From positions 6,386,001-6,450,000 of the forward strand of contig NC_134029.1 in the NCBI RefSeq assembly GCF_964204645.1: a stretch of 64,000 bases of DNA, read 5' to 3'. Under the pieces are notes generated by a model that saw only the letters and a program-made list of their open reading frames with translations, made no database searches and had not been told where the DNA came from. The translations under genes were made by a program, and so were the position numbers. The DNA is from Tubulanus polymorphus (Eukaryota; Animalia; Nemertea). How positions within the stretch are numbered: the stretch's first letter is position 1; each line of letters begins with the position of its first letter. Of this stretch, positions 44,350 to 55,300 are shown piece after piece.

Positions 44350-44604
44350 CAGGGCCGTCGAACAGGGGGCTTTTTTGCTTAACAAACTTTTTTTCAAAAG
44401 CACCCTGTACCGCGTAGCAGCTCGTCGTTCTCTGTACTAGGTGGTTGGCTCACGACTTCTCATGCTTCTGCGAATGAGACCGTGAAATGGCCCCAAAACG
44501 CATCTCCGGCGATTGAATTTTCAAAATTTTTCTAGGGGAGGGCCCGCAGCAGACCCCCTTCAGAAATAAGCCTCGCCACTGAAAAATTCCTTCCGATGGC
44601 TCTG
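44350..44604. mobile_element. MITE-like element
   Basis: Imperfect TIRs cagggccgtcgaacagg / ccttccgatggctctg. Confidence 0.55.
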
Positions 44605-44721
44605 ATACTTTGTGCACTTAGAAAACGCGTTTGAACTTATGTCGATAGAACTTGATAAGAATTAAATATGATTTCAAATTCGCATGCTTCATTTTCAGGA
44701 AGAAGCAATAGTCGGCAGAAA

Positions 44722-45003
44722 ATGTTTACGAGTGACATAATGATGTTGACCTTTTTGGTCGTCTTCGTAACCCTCATTTGTATCATCATATTCCTGATCA
44801 TATCTATTTGTTGCGGTTACCGAATGTGTCCGAAAGACATCGAAGACTGGTCGAAAGACACAAAGCCGATATTACCGCGTATACAAGAACGCGAACGTCT
44901 CAAGAAATTGGAAAAGGAAAATAAGAAAAAAAAGAAAAGCGACCAAAGACTGGCGAGAAGCGAATCGCAGGAATATCTTCTCGGTGGCATTGAAGAGGTC
45001 TAG
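44722..45003 (+). CDS. 93-aa single-pass membrane microprotein, paralog of 42831-43016
   Basis: Acceptor attttcag ending at 44698, ATG at 44722, hydrophobic helix then ISICCGYRMCP, Lys/Glu-rich tail ending IEEV, aataaa at ~45082. Confidence 0.75.
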   Translation: MFTSDIMMLTFLVVFVTLICIIIFLIISICCGYRMCPKDIEDWSKDTKPILPRIQERERLKKLEKENKKKKKSDQRLARSESQEYLLGGIEEV

Positions 45004-45466
45004 ATATTTCATACCACTTATCCTGGGTTTTTTTTTCAGTAAAATTTGTCTATGATTATAATTGTTTATGCCTAAAAGAATAATAAATGTATGTAAATAG
45101 ATCTAAACTCTTGCTCTTTTTGACTAGAGGTCTGAGGATGTATCACCACCCTTCCAAGAAAATCCTTCCACAGCAGCACAATATGCCAGTACGTAGATTA
45201 AACATACATGTTTCAGAGTAGACTGTGACCACTCACCCGTTCAAGCTGCTCTTTAGAACTTTAGAACAGAACTCGTGCAATCCATTTGTAAAATTTGAAA
45301 ACGTAAATTCGATGGAATTCCAAAATATTAGACATACGTATTCATATTTCTTAAACTCAAAATTTGTAACAAATATACAAACGGTACGGACATACGCAAT
45401 TACATCAAGGAATGACACATCTCATACAGCAGATCCAGTATAGTCTTCCGTCCGTGAGAAAAGATG

Positions 45467-48400
45467 TTAAAAATCATCATCAAAATCTTCAGCAGTCAAG
45501 CTCTAAAACAACAAACAGTAATACACGTACATATATCACACGTAGTAATATTAGTTATTATTTAATAATTTATCAACGAATTTCATTATTCCCACCTGAG
45601 TAAGTTGCTGAATTTCGTCTTCGGTAGGCATCTGTTTCTCAGCTGCAGCATTCACTGATGAAATGCCGTCCTGCGATCCAGTTACAAGCGGTGTTTCTTC
45701 CCTAGACATTAATTTCAAGTTCAAATCGGTGTCCGAGTTAGCACTGTCATATATTCCACAAACACGTTCAGAATCGGTAAGTTCAACATTTGAATTTTGC
45801 ACATTAGGAATATCAGTTACAATATCAGATTTATTGCCTTTATCGTCGATTTCATAATCAATACCAGGTTTAAGTAAACTTTGAGAAAGCGATTCCACAC
45901 TCGCAGAACTATTGTCTATAGACTGAGTCTCAGTAAGGCATAAATTTGAACTTTTCGATTCAGTCAAATGAAGATTCGAATCAGTTTCAGTTTCAACACT
46001 TTCCGATTCAGTCAAATGAAGATTCAAATTGGCTTCCGTTTCAATGCTTTCCGATTCAGTCAAATGAAGATCCAATTTGGTTTCAGTTTCAGCGCTTTCC
46101 GATTCGGTTAAATGAAGATTCAAATTGGCTTCAGTTTCAACACTCTCTTTTTCTGCTGGCTTTGATGGATCCAACGTTTCTAAATTATTTGTTTCAGCAA
46201 TACGCTCTTCTTCATCGCTGGACGCTGAAACGTGCAGATGTAAACTCGTATTTACAGTACCAGTCGCTTCCATCTCCGTTTCCATCGATTCTGCAGCCTG
46301 CTCTACCACACCATCCTGACTAGACACTGCTCGCAATACCAGTTTATTGGAATCTACTGATTCTTTCTCCGAATCCGATGATTCATCGAGGATAACATTT
46401 TTTACTCGATTCTTCCTAGACGATACTACAGGTTCATCTACATTGTCATCGTTGGAATTAATTCCGTCATCTACTTCTACGACTCTTGAATTGCTTTGAT
46501 CTTCCGACGCACCAGCGACTTTATTCCGTCTTTCGGGTTCGGCTCCATTAACAGCACTACCATCCATATTTGTTAAGAAATTTTCGAATTCGTCATCATC
46601 ATCGTCACTAACCGCGCGATTAGTTTGTGGTGCTGCTACAGCATCGCCCTCTTGTGGCAGGATCTCGTCAAATGGATCGACTGGCTCCTCATTCTCATTC
46701 TCTTCATTATCCCCGCCTTCATTATTTCCATTATCGACGAAATCATTATCCAACAGTGGCATATCTAATCGGATCTTTTTCACAACCGTCTAAATAAAAT
46801 CAAAACATTCTTTTTCATGAATACATGTATTTTCATCAGAAACTTTATTCTATCCCTTCATCTGGTTTTGAACACTGATTGATGGGAATAGTAAGTGAAA
46901 GATTGATAATTCAGCCAAATATTTCATAATGATTGGGTTCCACTAAGTGTTGTTCATAAACGGTTGAGTGGTTCAATATTTACCATTTTTCCTAAGGTCA
47001 TAATACAAATGGCAGGGTTCATCGTAGTAACGCTGAGCCAAAAGTAACAGGGACGGATACAGGATTTTATAAAGGGGGGTGGCTGTTGTAGGTTTTGTAA
47101 TGTACGAGCGGGGGATGGGCCCCCCGCTCATAAATTTTTTTTGAAAAATGAAGTGTTCAGAGACTCTCAGAAGCATTCTAAAACTCTTCTTGGTGGCAAA
47201 TGAAAAAAACATTTGGGCGGCCAGAAAAATAAGATAACACTCGTTCTGGGCCATTCTCACGCATGAATCAAGAAAATATAGGTGTTTAAAAATTTGTTTG
47301 GGGGGGGTGGCTAGCCACCTCGTGCACCCCCCCCTGTATCCGCCGCAGGGTAAGCACTTTTTGATTGTAGATGTAGGCACTTTTTAAGCACTTTTGTCAT
47401 TGTGACTGTCTCACTGTCAGATTGTGACATTTTGTTCAAAATATTGAACAAAATCTTCATAGGCCTACAGGCATTGATATTGGCATAACAGATAATTTAA
47501 AGAAAAAATCAAAGTCAAAAACAGTTTGTTAGCACTTTCTGAAATATTGGAGAAAAGATGGCACTTTTTTAGGGCTTTTCTAAATTTTTTCTAAAAATTT
47601 AGCACTTTGTAGACTTACTATAAACCCTTGGGAGGAAAGGTCACCCGAATGGTCCTAATTTTGTGTCATACACACCTGAACTTGTTTTTTGGCTCCAAGA
47701 CGTTCAGCGCGCTCTATGACCTCGTCGAATGGCATCTTTGGAAACAAACGATGCGCCCAGTGCTCCATTTTACGCATGACTAAATTCAAATCGTCTCTCT
47801 AAAAAGAATTACAGCATGGATTCTCTCAAACAAAGAAATCGGTATGATATATTTTAGTTCATGAGGGTAGCAAAACCTACCTCATATCCTTTTCCTTTGA
47901 ATTTCACGTTTTCAAAGATAGACGATATCACTGGAATCCCTCTTTCACCCGTCAGACTGAAAATGAATCGTACATTTCATTGTCAAACCCTCCTAAATCT
48001 TGATCACTTTCCTCAGATTTTCATTTAGGATTTCTAAACTGTATGAATCAATAAAAGATTGGAGTTTGCTGTATTTTCTAAACATTTTGAATTTATAGAC
48101 TTTTGATTTAAACACTCACCGATCAGCATCAAGTTTTGGCATAGGTTTCCGTATGACTTTTTTAGCAGCACCTTTTGACATGTCCCTCAACTGTTTCATC
48201 ACCTGTGATCCCAATTCACCATCTACAAAACAACAACAAAATTTTTGAACAAGATAATTATGGATACTAACTATTGAAGACATCAGTCCTATACCCAATC
48301 GCAACAGGAGACTTGCTTAAGTGACAGTACACTTTGTGGTACCAGTTTATTCCCTGAAACCCATAATACACCAAACCCTAGAGCCTGCCCCTATTCTAGA

Positions 48401-48610
48401 AAATAGTTTTAACTCAACACAAACTCAAGACATGTATATTATTTTTACTAAATCAATGCTAGGCCAATACCGGTACCTACCTTCATCCTCATCATCTTGT
48501 TGAGCACCGTCGACATTGTCGGTAGCTTCCTGCTGTATATTTTCATCATTGTCGATATCCCTGGCGTTGTTATCGAACAGATCATCCATATCTAAATCTA
48601 TAGACTCCAT
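45467..48610 (-). CDS. TIPIN: TIMELESS-interacting protein (Swi3/Csm3 domain)
   Basis: Exons 48610-48481, 48222-48120, 47956-47881, 47798-47676, 46789-45596, 45502-45467. Swi3 domain: [76 protein letters not shown]. Confidence 0.93.
45956..46147 (-). repeat. Coding 48-bp (16-aa) minisatellite x4 in the TIPIN tail
   Basis: The motif cgattc.gt.aaatgaag starts at 45956, 46004, 46052 and 46100; it encodes ES(V/A/I)ETExxxxLHLTES. Confidence 0.95.
47048..47348. mobile_element. MITE-like element in a TIPIN intron
   Basis: TIRs cagggacggatacagg / cctgtatccgccgcag, similar to the TIRs at 21155-21516. Confidence 0.7.
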
Positions 48611-49067
48611 CTGTACAAAAATAAAATATAATTGGATTGAGAAAGAAATGAGTTTGGGTATTCAGCGTCGTAAAAGACGTAGTAGTAGCCATGGTAGCGG
48701 CGCCAGTTTACCAACCAACCAGAACCATCATGTTTACCTTTTCCATTCAATCGGCATCTGTCTGTCTGATCAATAGATCATGTCATGTCATACACTCTGA
48801 AACAGTACATTGAAAAAAAACTTAACTTACATTGAGTACTTAAATTCCAAAGATCCAATCCAAACGACCAGTTCAGCGACTTGATGATGCTGAATTCGTA
48901 ATTTTGAGATTGGATTCGAAATGTTTGCAAATGAGGAAGTGAAATAAAAGTCAAAACTTTGCGCGGCATAAAATTGTTTGGAAGTCGCTGTATCAATTCT
49001 AATAAATTCAGACGGCGCTGCTGTCGATCAAATTCAATAAAAATACAAAAGCTTTATTGTTTATGAA

Positions 49068-50875
49068 ATGTTGGCTGGAATAAATCCTGTTTTTCAAGCC
49101 ATTTTAGGCACGTTCTTCACGTGGGGTCTGACCGCAGCTGGCTCGGCACTGGTATTCGTGTTTAGCAAAGGACAGGTGCGTTATATTTGTTGAAATCGTT
49201 CGAAAAATTAATCTCCCGATGAGAAGTAAAAAAAGCCATTCGAGCAATCAAATTCAATCTATTCTGTATTCCAATGTCATCATGCCTCATTTCAGAGAAA
49301 AGTGCTCGATGGTAGTCTAGGCTTTGCGGCTGGGGTAAATATATTTAACAACTCACTTTTCATACAAAACTTATGGAAGGATCAAATATTATAGGATTTG
49401 ACGACTTATTTTACAAGTTACGCTGCCTCCCTTTTCTCCAGGTGATGACAGCTGCATCGTACTGGTCGCTGCTAGCTCCAGCCATTGAGATGGCCGAAAA
49501 TTCTGGCATGTATGGTAAAGACGGTCAACTGGCATTTATTCCTGTATCTGTTGGATTTTCTATCGGTGCTGCATTTGTGTACTACGCTGATGTATTGATA
49601 TCCAATTGGGTAAGAATGTCTTACAGTTGTTTTTTTCTCAAACGAAATTTTTACGAAAGACCACACGTATTGATTACAACATGATTAACATAATGAATTT
49701 TTTTCTTATTTAAGGGTATTACTTCGCCTAATATAGCTCTCGCCCTTGGCTCCGAGCCAAAAGAAAAGCGAGATGAATTCACAGATGATTTTAATTTTAG
49801 TAAAGTAGATATTATACCAACAACGGGTGAGTTATAATTCACGTCCACTCTGTCAGCCTCGCAAAGAAAATAACAAGATGTTCACATATTTTGATTTTAT
49901 TCAGGAAATTCAGTAGATAGTTTAGATATGGTAACGAAACGTCGAGCGGCTGCTGGAAATCAATATCATCCGTTGGATAATAATTCGTCTTTAGGGGACG
50001 AAGAAGCAGCTAAAAATACAGCGAATTGGAAGCGTATATTGTTACTTATTATCGCAATAACTATTCATAATATTCCAGGTACGTTGATTTAAGACCCTGA
50101 CTTGATTAAAATAGCTGGACCCGGTTTTCCACAGGTTTGCAGAATCAAATGCACAACTGTGGAACTGGGCTTTGACACTTAGTTATCAATTTTGTTTCCA
50201 ATTTTTCAGAGGGATTAGCTGTAGGGGTAGGATTTGGTGCTATCGGAAAATCTAAGTCAGCTACATTTGAAAGTGCAAGGTACTTGAAAAGAAATCTTTG
50301 AAAACGAGCATTTTGATTACAGAAATGTGCGTATGTTTTTTCTATGGATATGTATTTACAGAAATTTAGCAGTAGGAATTGGTATACAGAACTTTCCCGA
50401 AGGGTTAGCAGTGAGCCTTCCATTGAGAGGAGCTGGGATGTCTACTTTAAAAAGTTTCTGGTGAGTAAAGCGATTTACAGTGAAATGGCACTAACCAAGT
50501 TGTAGTGTGCACCAATTTATCATTCTGCGTTTGTAGGTATGGACAGTTAAGCGGCATGGTGGAACCTATAGCTGGTTTTTTTGGCGCAATAGCAGTTGTT
50601 TATGCGGAACCTTTACTTCCATATGCTTTAGCGTTTGCTGCTGGAGCAATGATCTATGTGGTTGTAGATGATATCATTCCTGAAGCACAAATGGGGTATG
50701 TTTAATCAAATCTTTAATAACCAGTTACAGACCTATCTTAACTCACTTGTAGAAGCTACTTGGCAACATCATCTAAATGTCTTCTTCAATTTTTAGTGGA
50801 AATGGAAAATACGCCTCGTGCGGAGCAATCGTCGGATTTGTAGTCATGATGGCACTAGATGTCGGCCTTGGTTGA
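49068..50875 (+). CDS. SLC39A11: Zinc transporter ZIP11 (GufA family)
   Basis: Exons 49068-49175, 49296-49334, 49442-49609, 49715-49826, 49905-50078, 50210-50279, 50362-50460, 50537-50695, 50797-50875. Motifs: [68 protein letters not shown]. Confidence 0.97.
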
Positions 50876-51482
50876 ATCTCTTTCATCGACATTCAATGAG
50901 AGTTTAATCACATTACTGCTGCTGAACTTTTTTCAAGAGTCTCATACATTCCATTTTAAAAAAAGGGATATTCATTTTAATAAAACTATTTTAGTTCTTT
51001 CACAAATATTTTGTTAATAAGATTATGAGCAGTCAAATCTAAAGGTGAAAGTTATAAGGTTTAAGGTTCTCAAATATTTATACGGGGTATATGCTAGCTA
51101 CTTATAGTTGTACATAAATGATAATGTATACTCTTACAAAATAAAAGGCAACGAGTTAGATTCTTTTTGACAAAACGTTTTTTTTTCATTAATGACAGTT
51201 GGTTTACTGGATTTTCTGGTCAACACAAAATGAATATCAAGAAATGTTTTACCAAGGGCATCAGTTTCAAAGACCTGGTCCCAGTGGTAGTTCAAGGGAA
51301 AGATGTGCCAATTTAAAACCTTGCACAATATGAATGAAATGAAAAAAATGATATAAGAAGTTTGAAATTGTTTTAAAAAAATTATGTATTTCTACTCCTC
51401 ATATAAAGCTTTGTATCTACACCCAGTCAAATCACTTTTATCTAATAAAGTCGTTAATAATAATAACTATGATTAATACTAT

Positions 51483-51761
51483 TTATTGCATTCCGGAGCG
51501 TTGCGAAATCATTTGTTGGAACCTATTCGTGATAGACATCGATGTATCGATAAATCGTTCGACACAGTTTGTTAAACATGTCTCGGTTCGGCTGTCTAAT
51601 TTGTTGCTCGGCTTATCGATGCATTTATCCCAACAAACGTCAGCTAGGCGATGGATTTGCGTTTGAAACAAGGCTTTCTGCTGTTCTAACTGTATGAACT
51701 GTTGCAACTCTTCTTCGCTGCCGATTGAGTGCGTGCTGTCTGGCATATCGAACGACGACAT
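51483..51761 (-). CDS. TIMM8A: Mitochondrial import inner membrane translocase subunit Tim8
   Basis: 92 aa with twin CX3C (CWDKC...CLTNCVERFIDTS). Single coding exon with a probable 5'UTR intron at about 51772-51993. Confidence 0.96.
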   Translation of the reverse strand: MSSFDMPDSTHSIGSEEELQQFIQLEQQKALFQTQIHRLADVCWDKCIDKPSNKLDSRTETCLTNCVERFIDTSMSITNRFQQMISQRSGMQ

Positions 51762-52049
51762 TTTCTGTAATCTAAAATTGAAAATTTAAGTTAGTTTAAT
51801 AAGAGCAATCAATTACTAATTGAATTGATTCGTCTCGGCATGCTCGGGAAGTTGCCTTGCATGAATGCGATAAAATCGCCCTAGACTAAAAAATGATTCG
51901 ATTTGGTACAATCACCGGTTTCTAAATTCGATAAACAAATCTGGTTAATTGTTTAGTTCACCACCGAATTGAAAACAAATAAGGAAAACCTACCGAATTA
52001 TTAATTTCTGTATGAATGATACGTTCCAGCCCGGTGCGTGTTCTGTAGA

Positions 52050-52110
52050 ATGCGGAACACGGTGCAGCGTAACCTGCTGCCACCTACAATAAAGATGGCT
52101 GCGCCCATGG
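52050..52110. promoter_or_regulatory. Probable bidirectional promoter TIMM8/ELP1 with YY1-like motif
   Basis: Local GC/CpG-rich patch between divergent 5'UTR exons; aagatggctgcg at ~52093. Confidence 0.5.
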
Positions 52111-52396
52111 ATTCGATGGAATCGTCGTAATCATTGCATTTTCTTGCTTTCTAGAAGTAAATTTTGGTTGAAAATCAATTTAAATTCATCCAAATTATAG
52201 CCTAAGTAAGCAGACACCGTATTCTGTGCATGAATCGTGTTTAAATGAGTCTAATATGCCTTTTATTCTTATTGTTTTAATCTTAAAACGTTCTACTTTC
52301 CAATTCAATTCAATCAATAACTTTTTTATTCGTCCAAAATATTTTTTCTTCATTGATGGCCAAATTGTGTATTTTTTTATTTTCAGAGCTAATAGT

Positions 52397-55300
52397 ATGA
52401 GAAATTTGAAGTTGGTGCATAGTTATTGCTATGATGATTGGTGCGGTCTATTGGATGATGCCTCACATATCAGTATTGACTTCGATACTGGTCGCGTATT
52501 TGTCAGCACTAGGAGCGACATTTTTGGCTTTGACTATCGCACTAAACAGGTAACTTTCAGTAATTGCAGTAACTTTCTGCCTTCTACTTGACATGAATAC
52601 ATTTCAGAATTTCATAGAATTCATGAAATAACCTAGAAAGTTTGGCCGCTTATACCTGCTTACTTGAGAAAGGTGTGGACAGGCATTAGATGATGTCAGC
52701 GATGACTATCATATCACATCAGGTTAATAACTATTGAAGAAGGCATTTTAATATAAGCATAGTTGTCTTGTTTCCATTTGTTTTTGCTAGGTAAGAGCCA
52801 GTCTATTTGGTAACAATCAGTTACCATGTTTTTTCACCTATAATGCAGATATAGTACACTTTTGAGATCTTAATTCGTGGCGTTTATCTACTGACTTTTT
52901 GAATCAATTGTGCGAAATTGTTTTGATATAATACCGGTATTCATTATGTTTGCAGATGGTGAAGTCAACTGATGGATCACTAGTTGCTGCTGGTTATTTG
53001 AATGATAGTATCAAGATTGTCGGTTTTCAGTACGTCCCAGATCAATTTTCAGTCTGTGTTGCTACCAGTTCAGGTGACCTGATACTGTGGAGTATTGAAA
53101 CTGAAGAGGTGTGTTATAAGTTGATATCATGACCTTAAGTTCTTACCATAAACCTTTTTTCCTTAGAAATAATCTATGATTGTAGAAAGTATATTTTTCT
53201 ATTTTGACAGTTGGAATGTGTTGGAAGTGTTGATAGTGGACTACAGTGCATGTCATGGAGTCCTGACCATGAGTTACTGCTTCTTATAACAGGTAAAAAA
53301 CATTGGAGAATTTCCTGGGCTTATCAAGGGGAAGTCTTTTAGAAACTTCAATGTAGTTATCTCCATTTCAGGACAAGCTACTATTATCATGATGACTAAA
53401 GATTTTGAACCGGTGACAGAAGTAAACATGCATCCGAGTGATTTCGGGGAAGGTAAGAAAGAAAATTACACAGGGTTCATCATTTATTTTAATTTTATTT
53501 TCTTGAATTGCATATCACAATTTGTACATTAGTCTGATATAATCATTACTCAAGTCAGACACATTTTTATGGTCCGATCTTGAGCGGAGTATGCTGAACA
53601 AAAGAATTATATTTCAATTATTCTGGTTCAGAAGATACATCAATGATTTAACGTTACTTTTAAGCTAAGTTTATAACGGTCGGTTGGGGAAAGAAAGAAA
53701 CTCAATTTCATGGTTCCGAAGGAAAAGCAGCTGCGCAAGTGAAAAAACAGGTAAAGTAAGAATACTTTATTTGCTTTCCCTGTGAAATTCTCTAATTTCT
53801 CTCAATTTCCCTTTCGCGATACTCTACTTCGTTCCTACAGGAAGTGAAACCTGCGCTGCCGTGGGATGATAAATGTCCTCGTATTAGTTGGCGTGGTGAT
53901 GGAGAGTTGTTTGTTGTTAGTTGCGTCTGTCCAGAGACGGGCAGCAGAAAATTGAGAGTTTGGAGTCGCGATTGCGTTCATCTTTCGACCAGTGAAAATG
54001 TCGATGGCATTGAACATGCTTTAGCATGGAGGTAAAGATCTTAAACAACATATTGTCTAAATAGTCTGAATACCAGTCGTTGTTTGCGAATAACGGCTAG
54101 GTACTAGACTAATTGTCTAAGTTACTGTATATTGGATAAGAAAATTATTCATATTTTCTTGATGGCTATGTTTTAGACCCAGCGGAAATTTGATCACCAG
54201 CACGCAGAGAAAACCGAATAAACATGACGTTGTTTTCTTCGAAAGAAATGGTTTGAGACACGGTGAATTTACACTTCCATTCAAACGAATGGAAGTTCAA
54301 GTAAATGAACTTCTATGGAATACAGACTCGACTGTTCTGTGTGTCTGGTGTGAGGAGCTGAAACCGGAGAATTCTGAGGCATTTGTACCAAAATCATTTG
54401 GTAAGTTGCAGCCCATACACAGAAGCTCTTCCTTAAATAGACTGCTACAATATCAGGGTGGCCACTGATCCGAAAAACCTAGAAAAAGCCTGGAAAACTC
54501 TGGGAATTTGCATATGCTATTGACCACACATTTCTTTATCGCTCTTTAAACCAAGAAACTCATCGGATTTACTGAAGGAATTTTCTGTTACAACATGGAA
54601 AAATCAGAGAAAACCCTGGGAATTTGTAAATTGGCGGAAAGTGGCCATCCTAAAGATATCTATTATGAGCTGTTCGGAAATACATGTATTTGGTTTTCTT
54701 TGTCCTCTTCAGTTCAGCTGTGGACTACAGGAAATTATCACTGGTATCTGAAACAGCAATTAGAATTTCAAGCGTCTAGCGCTGATCGCGTGGCTGTCAT
54801 CGAATGGGACCCTGAATCACCGTATAGATTACATATCGTGTGTCAAAACGGCCGTTATTTACAGTATACATGGTGTTGGTTTACTGATTCAGATGATGCA
54901 ACTGTAGCTGTTATTGATAAAGGTTTGTTTCCGAAAAACGGGTGGAGTTTTTTCAATCAAAGCATTATTAATCATCTAGAAGTACAGATAATAGTGCTGT
55001 ACCATCCAATCAATTCATTTGCAATGGTCAGACATTTTTTAAGCTGATCCCTTATACTTCTAATGATGTTCTATATTGTTTCTATGTAAAGAAGGGTTAT
55101 TGGTAACCCCGTTTAGAACTATGGTGGTACCCCCGCCGATAAGCGCGACAACATTGCAGACCACATCTCAAGTGAGCCAGTCACTATTTTGTTCAAATGG
55201 ATCGATTGCAGCTATCTTATCGGATAATCAAATAGCTACATACGAATGGAGTAAGTTTCCAGCTGGTGAGCGTTTATGATAAAGGAAAGTTTATGGGTTA

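Noticed and set aside
46973-47380. 135-aa minus-strand ORF in a TIPIN intron
   Set aside because: Lies across a MITE with G/C runs and has no transposase motifs.
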